A stretch of 63,947 nucleotides of DNA, counting the filler, from Psammoneis japonica (Eukaryota): assembly GCA_008632985.1 (NCBI GenBank). It is 6 parts of 6 records of this genome, joined end to end, with 100 filler letters (N's around TTAATTAATTAA, not from the genome) between each part and the next. Parts side by side here need not be neighbours in the genome. Positions count along the whole stretch, not along the records: positions 11,527 to 22,634 come from QPGO01000521.1; positions 22,735 to 33,807 come from QPGO01000519.1; 4 more parts are not named here. One strand, given 5' to 3'. A program made the translations under genes and the position numbers. Each line of letters opens with the position of its first letter. Position 1 is the first letter of the stretch. The notes beneath the pieces were generated by a model, which was given only the letters and a program-made list of their open reading frames with translations, searched no databases and was not told the origin of the DNA. Shown here in pieces: positions 12,041-22,851 of this stretch.

Positions 12041-15000
12041 GCCCCCTTGAACTGATGCTGGCTCCACTTGGGCCAGATTGACAGACAAGTGCAACCTGAT
12101 GCTGCCCTGCTCCAGGGCATCATTTTCATTTGGGGATGAGCAAAGCCGCACATGCGTGGCAAACCCATTCTGTTTGTCCCCTTTTGGGGCTTGCAACAGG
12201 ACATGGCTTGCAATTTCCCGGAGCTTCAGCCCAGGCAACAAACTTGGTTGGCACATCCGCCAAATTCGTGCACCCGTCTTTCCAAGCAATGCATGCTGTT
12301 CCAGTGGCTTGTGCCTCACGAGTCCTGTGACAGGCAACCACACTGTGCTTCTTCTTCAAAGCAGACTCCAGCTCAGCTGAGTTCTTGAAGACAGCTTCAT
12401 TGTCGCAGACGACATCAGTGGCTCCATCCATGGGGATTCCCAGCATCCGAAGCTTGCAACGCAAGGCTTCAATTTGCTCCACTGCAGTCTTCATTGCCAT
12501 GAACTCTGACCCAAATGTGGATGATTCCATGGCATTCTGCCGCTCAGAGCAACACAAGATGGGAGCTCGTTGTTGAATGTCAGGATCCCAGTGTGGGGCC
12601 TGCACATCACACAACATCCGGCATGATCAGCGCCAACAAAGCAAGCAGCAGTCATGCTGTTCCCACGTGCTTCTGGCATGTTCGGCGGAATTGGCTCAGC
12701 TGCACCAGGACAATGTTCTCCCCAGTTGCACTTGGCAAAACGACTCTCGTCAAAGACCGGCTCAGCGTTGTCGAACACTGGCGTAGACTTGGAGTGAGCC
12801 TTCAAGCATGAAAAGACATGGAGCACCTCGCCCAGGTGTTGAACTCGTGGTGCTGCCAAGCAGGAGGACATGAGTGAGGAAGCGACAAAAGTGTCCACTC
12901 GCCTCAGCTCAACTGTCCATCGCAGCACACCAACAAGGCCTTGGCAGCAGCTGGCCATTTTGACACTCAACTCAGGTGAGCCATCCAGCTCAGGCCCATG
13001 CCCTGAGCTCAAGGGCGTCAATGCCTTTGTCGGAAGGCCCGCCAGTTTTCTTGAGCTCCAACTCAACATCGGTCAATGCCCTTTTGACACAAAGGTCAGA
13101 GGACATGGCCCAGCGCGTCTTGCCATCCAAGTCAGACAACTGGCACTTTCTGATCTGGGCACCCAAGCACTCTTCCAGCTCGCAGACACTTCCATCCTTG
13201 AGCCCGTGCCTGGAGCTCACATGATCCATGACCTTCTGAGGTTCATGGGAGATGCACAACAAGTCATCCATGCACACAAGCACATGTTCCCAGTGCTTGA
13301 AGCCACCTGGCTTGACCGCAGCTCACATCCAGACATCCGGGTCAGCCTTGCAAGACTTGAACCCAGCGTCATGCAAGGTGGCTGCCATGTGTTCCCTGAA
13401 TCTCGCACCTGAAGACTTGAGACCACACAAGGCTCAGACAACAATTGCCGGCCTTCCTTTGTTGTGCTTCCCAAATTCCAGGCCAGCAGCAGTGCAACAC
13501 TTCTCCTCAGTGTGTGCGTTCAAGTGGGCACTCTGANNNNNNNNNNNNNNNNNNNNNNNNNNNNNNNNNNNNNNNNNNNNNNNNNNNNNNNNNNNNNNNN
13601 NNNNNNNNNNNNNNNNNNNNNNNNNNNNNNNNNNNNNNNNNNNNNNNNNNNNNNNNNNNNNNNNNNNNNNNNNNNNNNNNNNNNNNNNNNNNNNNNNNNN
13701 NNNNNNNNNNNNNNNNNNNNNNNNNNNNNNNNNNNNNNNNNNNNNNNNNNNNNNNNNNNNNNNNNNNNNNNNNNNNNNNNNNNNNNNNNNNNNNNNNNNN
13801 NNNNNNNNNNNNNNNNNNNNNNNNNNNNNNNNNNNNNNNNNNNNNNNNNNNNNNNNNNNNNNNNNNNNNNNNNNNNNNNNNNNNNNNNNNNNNNNNNNNN
13901 NNNNNNNNNNNNNNNNNNNNNNNNNNNNNNNNNNNNNNNNNNNNNNNNNNNNNNNNNNNNNNNNNNNNNNNNNNNNNNNNNNNNNNNNNNNNNNNNNNNN
14001 NNNNNNNNNNNNNNNNNNNNNNNNNNNNNNNNNNNNNNNNNNNNNNNNNNNNNNNNNNNNNNNNNNNNNNNNNNNNNNNNNNNNNNNNNNNNNNNNNNNN
14101 NNNNNNNNNNNNNNNNNNNNNNNNNNNNNNNNNNNNNNNNNNNGTCATCAGCCGTTGCGGCACGGGCATCACATCGGTGATCGACTGTCTCCTTCATGAT
14201 CTGGCAGTCATTCCCTTCAGAGTCCATCTGAGTGAACAGTTCTTTGCAATTGCGTCAGTGGCACAGGAACCAGTGGATCCATCAGGAAACTCCACATCGT
14301 GTGTCCTCAAGTCTGGGACAGGGTTGTCATTCCCAGCGCCAATGGGAACCCCGTCATCATCTCATTTGCATGCAATGACCCCAGCATGAGTCAGCTTGCC
14401 TCCACGTGGTGACATGACTTGAGCTGTGAGGTGTTCATCTGGCCCCTCCGGGGTGTGCTCATCAGCTTCTGGTTTGGAAGCATCGGGTTCCATGGGTTCG
14501 ACAGCATTGCCCCACTCGTCCATGAAGTCATCAGGGAGTTCAGGGAAGTCAGCATTGGCGCCCTGTTCCGGGATGTCAAGTCATTCGATCAAGGCCTGAT
14601 TGACTGACGCAAGATCCGTTTTGATCGCCGGAGTTTTAAGGTCATCCTCCGGCATGGCCCACACATCTTTCCGAATGATGGGTCTGCCTGATTCGGGAAG
14701 GATGACAAATGCCATGTTGTCAGCGCAGTTGCAGTTGTCGGCTGCTCCAAGCCAACGGCCGATGCACTTCTTCTTGTGTGGGAACTCTGCCACAGGCATG
14801 TGACAGCAGACAGGTTGACACCAATCAAAGAGAGAGAGCGACAAAATGTCAGGTGTTGAACCTGTCACCTCTTCTTCTGGGACTCGTCCTCCCATGTCCG
14901 ATGTGCTGGCAGTCGCAATCATGCGTTGGACATCACATGTCCATTTGGCACTGCGGGACCAAAGTCGCCTGTGAGCGCCAGTCCGGCGCAGAGTCACTCG

Positions 15001-15504
15001 GACTCTCTTCTTCAACTCATGGATGGATGCCTCGGCCAGGTTCTGCCAGGGGCTGTGCGGGGTGGACACCTCCTGGTGCATCCTGCATTCCTTGCAAATC
15101 TCCTTGGTCTGGCCTTCTGCCATTTCCGGTGTGCCATCCAACACAAGGACTTGCGGAATGCCAACATCATGCACAAATGACATGATGGCATTCGGGTGCA
15201 TTGACCTGACCTTGGAAACATCTGGTCAGAGCAGAAGTGTCTCTTGACAGCAGGGAACTCAAGCCACAGAGCTTTCTTCCAGACTTTCCGCTCGGATGGC
15301 ACGCAGACATTGTGGACCCCTGCCTGGGTCGTCACTCTGAGGGTGTTCTTGGTGGCTGTCAAACCAATGTTCCACCTCTTGGAGAGCATCTCGGGTGTGA
15401 TGGTTGATGCACGACTTGAGGTCAACAGTGCATGCACCCATTTCCGCTTGGCACAATCCAGGTGGATGTCTGGGTTGCACCGGTCGTGCAGCCCGTCTCC
15501 CTCA

Positions 15505-15900
15505 GACGGGTTCCAGCCCCAGGTGGGACTTTTTGTGACATTGGGCCCGCAGAATTCTGCGTGCGAGCTCTGCAGCAAAATCATTGGGCAATGAACATGT
15601 GAATGATCGCCAACAGAAAAAGAGGCAATTTTGCAAACGCATCTCCTCCTCCACACTTGAAGCACGTGCTTTGCAGCATGCCCGGGTGTGTTCTTCAGAC
15701 ATTGAAGAACACACCCAGAGTGTTTTTGTCAACATGAATGCAGACAACAGAAAGCCTTTGGCTTCGCAAAACAGGCGGTGTGGAACAATTTTTTGTGACA
15801 GAGCACGCAGAAATGTGCGCGTGAAACATGCGACGGATGACAAAAAACAAACATGTCACAGCTCAGCAGTGCAAGGTCCCACCCAGAGCTGGAGCGCGTC
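15505..15900 (+). mobile_element. MITE copy 1 (~396 bp) inside the Copia
   Basis: TIR GACGGGTTCCAG..AGGTGGGAC / GTCCCACC..CTGGAGCGCGTC; 4-bp TSD ctca/ctca. Confidence 0.88.
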
Positions 15901-16131
15901 CTCAATGTTGTTGTGGGAGATGCGCTCGCCTGAGCAACCAGGTGGCGATGCAGAGAATCGTCGTCATCAGTGTCCACAATGGCGTTCTTGTCATGATGAG
16001 ATGTTTGGTGTGAATGAATTGAAGCGACACACCTGGTCGCGTTCATCATCATTGCCTGTCCGTCAGACTTCACTGACCCTTGGCGCTCACTGGCACATGC
16101 GTGCGCTTCCTCCTTTTGCGCCATGGCATCA

Positions 16132-18850
16132 AAACCAAAATTCTGCATTTAAAGTGCTGCTGCACTTCCACCCTGCAACTCCGGCAACAAGCCAACCCAC
16201 ACCCCCAGCACACCAACAGCGTGGCAGGAATGCATTGCGATTGGCCAAGATGGGTGTCACCAACAAATGATGATGCCCGCCAGGAACAGTTGGGAGTGGT
16301 GTCACAGACAGCAACAGCAAATTAAAAACAAAACCAAAATTCTGTGTTTGAAGTGCTGCTGCGCTTCCACCCTGCAACTCCGGCAACAAGCTGACCCACA
16401 CCCCCAGCACACATGTGTGCGGCAGGAATGCATTGCGACCAGCCAAGATGGGCGTCACCAACAAATGATGATGCCCGCCGGGAACAGCTGGGAGCAGTGT
16501 CGCAGACAGCAACGGCAAATTGATTTGGCACCTTCAAAGCACTTGAAACCACAGCAATGGAGTGGCTCTTTGCTTCTGACTGGATCTGATCATTCCACTG
16601 AAGCAAGCCATGTTGGAACACTCCAAAGTGAGAAGGGATCTGAAACAGAGCAAACACCGTAAATTTCACAAACAGGGACCAAAACATCACCAGCCACCGA
16701 GTTGGTCTCAAATCAAACCTCTGGCAGCAGCAACAACAAAAAGGAGTTCATGACATGGAGCAAAGAACTCAAAAAGGCACTGAGGAAAGGGGGAGTCACT
16801 GGAGCTTGGCAGGCATGGATGGAGAGCCGTCGGATGATCGGACAACAGGCCATCAGAAAATGTTTTCATGACATGCAGAACTTGTGCTGAGTCTCGCGCA
16901 GGAACTTGGCAGGAAGCATCGGCAAAAAGGCAAAAAGCCAAATCAAGCCGAGTTGATCTCAAATTCACACTTCTGGAAGCAGCAAAGATGGAAGGGTGTT
17001 CGCTGCATGAAGCAGAGAACTTGAAAGGACAGCAGGCAGAGGGGGGGGGTCTTTGGAGCTTGGCAGGTGTGGATGGAGAGCAGTCGAGTGATTGGGAGAT
17101 CGGCCGTTTGAAAACATTTCCTTGACACGCAGAACTTGCACTGAAACTTGTGTGGACTTGTCGGCACGCGGAAGATTGGCCAATGCACACTGAATTGGTC
17201 TCTTCTTCAAACTTCTGAAAGGAACAACGACAGGAAGATGTTCACCACACAACACAGGAAACTTGAACAGACAACAGAGAGAAGGGGGGTCGTTGATGCT
17301 TGAGAGGCATGGAGAGAGAGCAATCGGCAGTTTGACGAGTCGTCCGTCTGAAATGACTTGCAGAACACGCAGAATTTGCGCTGAGACCTGTGTGGAAACT
17401 TTGCACGCGAGAACAAAAAACACCGAGAAAAACGTCGAGCGATTGAGCCAAGAGAGCTGGGTGCAATTCGTTCTCCACTGCACAAGATTGTCAATGATCA
17501 CAGAACAATGGCATGTCGACAAAGGAACACGTCTGAACAGGCAGGTGAGAGCCGTCATTGCACCATCAGAAAAAGGCAACATCTGCGCCAGAGCTTGCGC
17601 AGAAAACCACGCAGAGGGCATGGCCATGAAACAAAGGCAGAATTGTGACAGCAACAGCAAATTGATTTGGCACCTTCAAAGCACTTGAAACCACAGCAAT
17701 GGAATGGCTCTTTGCTTCTGGCTGGATCTGATCATTCCACTGAAGCAAGCCGTGCTGGAACATTCCAAAGTGAGAAGGGATCTGAAACAGAGCAAACACC
17801 GCAAATTTCACAAACAGGGACCAAAACATCACCAACCACTGAGTTGGTCTCAAAGTCAAACTTCTGGTGGCAGCAACAACAAAAAGGAGTTCACCACACA
17901 GAGCAAAGAACTTAAAAAGGCACTGAGGAAAGGGGGGGTCATTGGAGCTTGGCAGGTGCAGATGGAGAGCCGTCGGATGATCGGAAAACAGGCCGTCAGA
18001 AAATGTTTTCATGACACGCAGAACTTGTGCTGAGTCTTGCACAGGAACTTGGCAGGAAGCATTGGCAACAGGCAAAGATCCAAATCAAGCCAAGTTGATC
18101 TCGAATTCACACTTCTGGAAGCAGCAAAGATGGAAGGGTGTTCGCTGCACAAAGCAGAGAACTTAAAAGGACAGCAGGCAGAGGGGGGGTCTTTGGAGCT
18201 TGGCAGGTGTGGACAGAGAGCAGTTGAGAGATTGGGAGATCGGCCATTTGAAAATGTTTCCTTGACGCGCAGAACTTGTGCTGAAACTTGTGTGGACTTG
18301 TCGGCACGTGGAAGGTTGGCCAACGCACACTGAGCTGGTCTCTTCTTCAAACTTCTGAAAGGAACAATGACAGGAAGATGTTCGCCACATGACACAGGAA
18401 ACTTGAATGGACAACAGAGAGAAGGGGGGTCGTTGACACTTGAGAGGCATGGAGAGAGAGCAATCGGCAGTTTGACGAGTCGTTCATCTGAAATGACTTG
18501 CAGAACACACAGAATTTGCGCTGAAACCTGTGTGGAAACTTTGCAAGTGAGAACAAAAAATGTCAAAAAGAACGTCAAGCAATTGAGCCAAGAGAGCTGG
18601 ACGCAATTCGTTTTCCACTGCATGAGATTGTCGCTGATCATGGAACAATGGCATGTCGACAAAGGAGCGTGTGCGGAAAAACACGCAGAGGGTGCAGCCG
18701 TGAAACAAAGGCAGAATTGTGGCCACAAGGAATGCATGGAATTGCACGAGAATCGATCATTGCCATCAATGCAAAGGCAGCCAATTGGTTGTCCTCGTGT
18801 CATGACTTCTTTTTTCTTTTTGTGGGAGCCGCGTTTTGGTTTGCATTCAG
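16132..18850 (-). mobile_element. 2.7-kb non-autonomous non-LTR retroelement built of tandem units, with a LINE-like 3' end
   Basis: 15-bp TSD tgcgccatggcatca at 16117-16131 and 18851-18865; removing it restores the Copia frame (..WEPSADAMAQKEEA..); its 3' ~130 nt match the LINE 3' end at 34524-34655; ~1.14-kb internal duplication. Confidence 0.85.
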
Positions 18851-21409
18851 TGCGCCATGGCATCAGCAGAAGGCTCCCATCTCAGGGGTGATGTGAGTTC
18901 CAGCTGGGGAAGGTTCTCCAGATCCTCCTTTGTCGGCTTGTGTGAGTCAAAAACTGAAGCAACACCTCGCATGTGCAACGGCACCCTGATCTTCGAGTCA
19001 GGGAAAGCAACAGAGTGTGCGCTGTTAGAATCAAACTGGCGAGGGGTGTCATGGGCAGTCAGTCCATTTGCTTGCAGTTGGTTGGGGCACAGCAGAGTGT
19101 CAGTCATCCTGTCCCCAAAACACATGGCCTCATGGACTGACAGCAGGTGTGGTTGTCCATCAGTTGGATCAACCCACACAGCAGCAGCCGTGCAAATGGG
19201 AATGTTTTTCATTGGCGCGCGCTCTTCGGAGCAAGGGTGCACCATGACAGTGCGGTCGATGTCAGAGTGCATTGCAAAATTGGACCCAACAGCACACGCA
19301 TCAGCACGCGAGTCCAAGTCATTGGTTGCTTCACCATCTGAATGTCCAGCAGATGACAAAGAGACACACACATCCTTTGAGAATTGCCCAGACAAATGCA
19401 CAGTGCCAGCAGGTTCAGCAACAGTCGGCTCTGTGCCTTTTGGTGCTGGCGCAGCTGTTCATGCCTCTTTCTGAGGTTTCTTGTGGGCGCTGCGTCTGAG
19501 CTGCTTGCCTGCATTGGCAGCAGGTTTGCCCGACTCTTCGGAGTCCTTTTGTTCATCAGCAGGTTTGGGTTCAGGCTCGGCAACAGCCACCTTTTTAACA
19601 GCGCAAGTTTTGACATCAACCGACTCAGCCTCTGAAGATGCAGCTGCTGCTTTGCATTTCTTCTTGGCTTTTTTGGCCTCACAGAGCTTCTTGACTTGCT
19701 CTTGCTCAGGACCATCAAGAGCACTCCACTCTTCAATGGGACAGTGGCCTGCCCTGATCCTGGGCTTGTCCTTTTTTGGTTGGTGCTTGCATCCAGGGTT
19801 TCTGCACCAGTTGTTGCGGCGTTGGACGGGTGCGATTCCGCAAGCATCAGCGTTGCGGTTCTCAGCATTTTCTGCCAGAGTCTTCACACGCTGCTGGCAT
19901 GCTTCGAAATCCACTGGCTTTGTTGGGTCTCCATCCACTGCACTCTTGCCAGTCTCCAACCCAGGGTCGGAGACACCCTTGAGAAAGTCAGAGACCTTCT
20001 TGGTCTCGGCTGCCGGCTCATCAAGCTTGGACAAGTCGTTGCGAGCTTTCTGATGGCATTGAGCATGCTGGTTGAAAGTAAAACAACCCCATCCGGTGCA
20101 CTTTGCGGCAGCAATCTGTGCACAGGCACAGTTTTTTTGGGTGGTGGCAGCAGCCGATCCTTCCGCCTGCCTCTTGAGTGCAAAGAAGGCAGTGCGACCA
20201 TTGTGGTTGTGATTGGAAGGTTTGACAAAAGCCCACCCGGGCCCCCCCTGTCACTGGCTTCTTCAAGAGATCACACAGGCATTGCCTGTCCTGTGTGTGC
20301 TGAGCTCCTGCAAGTCGAGTGGTGGCAATGAGGTCTTCGTCAATGGCAGAGCAGGTGGCAGCCAACATTTTGGCAGTGGCGTCTTCATGCTCCCCAGCCA
20401 GGCAGACAAGGGGTGTGCCGGCAATGGCGCTGTGGTGATGGCGTGGCTCGCTCTCCAGCAACTCTTGGAAGGCAGGCCAGCCGTGCAGATTCTTGAGTTC
20501 CACGGCCGTCTTGGCAGCTGACACATCGTCCGAGTCCGCTGACTTGAATTGTTCCAGTTCTGTGAGACGTGCCGTCCATGTCCCAATGACGTCGCCAGCA
20601 AAGAGAGCAGCAGTCGGCTGTTGTTTTCGGGCTCTGTGGCAGTCAATCCATGCGCGCAGTGCCTTGAACTTGCGATTCACCAGGTGTGGGAAGTGGACTT
20701 GAGGGTTGGCGGTGGCATCCACGCTTTTCACCATGCCCTCAGTCACAGCAGCAATCTCTGCCAAAGGGGCCTGTTCCAAGTCCTGAGCAGCAGCAAAACC
20801 TTGACCGGCTGTGCAGGTGTGCGTCTGCACATTGCATCCACAACGCGCAAGACAAGCCGCAAAGGCCACGGCAGCGGCCGCTGTGTGTCAGCAGTCACTT
20901 GCATTTCAACACATGAGCATCCACTTGTGTGAGTGGAGAAAAGTGAGAAAAGATTTGACGGTTTCTGCTTGGCAACCCCGTGAGCAGGTGGCGTCACTCC
21001 TGAGCAACAATTTCCAACAGACATGCACCCACATGTGCAGTGTGTCCAAACCATTTGACAGCGCACTTTGGTCAAACAAATGCGCACAGTCAATTGACAG
21101 ACCTCAGCACACAAATCATTGTGTTGTCTTCATCACAAATGTTTGCATGTCTTAGCCAACATGTTCCATCCACGTGATCAAACATTCCGTCCACTGACGT
21201 CATGTCCAACGGATCACAGCTCTGGTCTCCAAGAGCGTGTCGTTCACATCCATGAATGTTGGCATGTGCAAAAGACTCAGCGATTGCGCGAGCAACCATG
21301 GGACCAACATGGCTCTTGCCACAAAAATCAATCGATCGCAACATGCCGTTGCACTGTTTGCATGCCCGTTCCAGACGATGAACATCACAGCGCATTGGCT
21401 CTGACAAAG

Positions 21410-21593
21410 TGAACAAATGCCACCGTGACAGCCAAGAACTGGGCACAGGACAAGACAGAGTGTTGGACAGCATCAACAGGTTCTAGAGCTGTGAGATGCT
21501 GTGCTGCTGGGACCACCAAACAAGCAACAGTGGGCCAATCGCCAACAGCACATGAACTGCCCATGTTTGTGACAGCATGTCAGCATTTGTTCA
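21410..21593 (-). repeat. Copia 5' LTR
   Basis: Aligns with 11852-12040; followed on the minus strand by ttgtcagagcc, resembling a Met-i PBS (ggtatcagagcc). Confidence 0.85.
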
Positions 21594-21830
21594 TGATTTT
21601 GCACCCTTTGCGATTTTGCACCCTTTGTGATTTTGCACCCTTTGCCGCCACATTGCGCCCTTTGCGATTTTGCACCCTTTGCCGCCATTTTGTGCCCTTG
21701 GTCATTTTGTGCCCTTTGTGATTTTGTGCCCTTTGCGATTTTGCACCCTTTGTGATTTTGCACACTTTGCCGCCATTTTGCGCCCTTGGCCATTTTGTGC
21801 CCTTTGTGATTTTGTGCCCTTTGGTGCATT
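21594..21830. repeat. ~17-bp minisatellite, right part
   Basis: Same unit as 11527-11851. Confidence 0.9.
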
Positions 21831-22081
21831 TGGTGGAGGGTTTGGGCTTGGGTCATGAGGTGGCACGAAACGCTTCCGGTTGAATGACAGACCCCACCTG
21901 GTCGATGCCAAGTGGCCATGGTTGAAGAACAGACCATGCAAAAATGGATGCGCACCCGTGTCTGTTTCTCATCCACAGCCGAACTCAGGACATGCATTTG
22001 CCAAAGCGATCGATGCAATTTTGCTCCTGTGACAGACAGACCATGCAAAATGGGTGCGTGCCGCATCCAACTTGCATCCAC

Positions 22082-22420
22082 GACGTCCAGGTCCAGGTGG
22101 GACCTCGCACTGCTGAGCTGTGACATCGACAGTTTTTTGAATCTCGTCGTATGTCGCGCACGCAGAATTCTACGTGATTTTTTCACATTTTGTGTCATTT
22201 TGCGGTGCACTTGTTGAGCGATCCGTCCAAAAACTTTTGACATTTTTTGTTGCAGCGCGATTCTACAATGTCTTGAGAATCGCGTGGGGCAGGTGCATTT
22301 GCAAAAACGTCGAGTGGCAAGAGGCACAATTGTGCCACAAACTTGGCCGTTCATTTGATGTTGAAGATGAACACATCCATTGATTAAATTCTCGTGCTGC
22401 GGAGCTCGCACGCAGAATGA
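22082..22420 (-). mobile_element. Truncated MITE relative (another fragment at 22741-22850)
   Basis: Aligns with 23767-24110. Confidence 0.7.
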
Positions 22421-22851
22421 CAGGATTTGAACAGGATTTGGATGCGCGCGAAGCATCGCGTGCTGTTTAGTTTACCGCGCACAGTTTTGTGTGCTTCAGT
22501 TCCGCGCGTTCACGCGCGATGTAGTTTGCTTTCGAGCCAACAAGGCTCACAAGAACAATGACAGTACCCGATTGCACGATCACACGTCTTTCGGCTCCTG
22601 CAACGGTCTCTGAGCGGAGACTCATCTGCCATTTNNNNNNNNNNNNNNNNNNNNNNNNNNNNNNNNNNNNNNNNNNNNTTAATTAATTAANNNNNNNNNN
22701 NNNNNNNNNNNNNNNNNNNNNNNNNNNNNNNNNNATCATTGACGCGCTCCAGGTCTGGGTGGGACCTTGCACTGCTGAACTGTGACATGGACAGTTTTTT
22801 GAATCACATCGCATGTCGCGCACGCAGATTTCTACGTGATTTTTTTGATCG

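Larger units (their letters stand above)
11852..21593 (-). mobile_element. Degenerate full-length Ty1/Copia LTR retrotransposon with nested insertions
   Basis: LTRs 11852-12040 and 21410-21593 (TGAACAAA...TTTGTTCA); order on the minus strand is gag ~20869-19459, protease DLDSRADACAVG, integrase ~15500-14580, RT LVCMDDLLC, RNase H VGADHAG/STFGSEF; purine tract before the 3' LTR; apparent TSD cgat/tgat. Confidence 0.9.

Noticed and set aside
13445..14389. Long ORFs in the ORF track
   Set aside because: They are read-through of an N gap.
22735..22850. Independent MITE insertion
   Set aside because: It shares the flank atcatt with the 23767 copy and sits at a contig edge; probably a local duplication or assembly redundancy.
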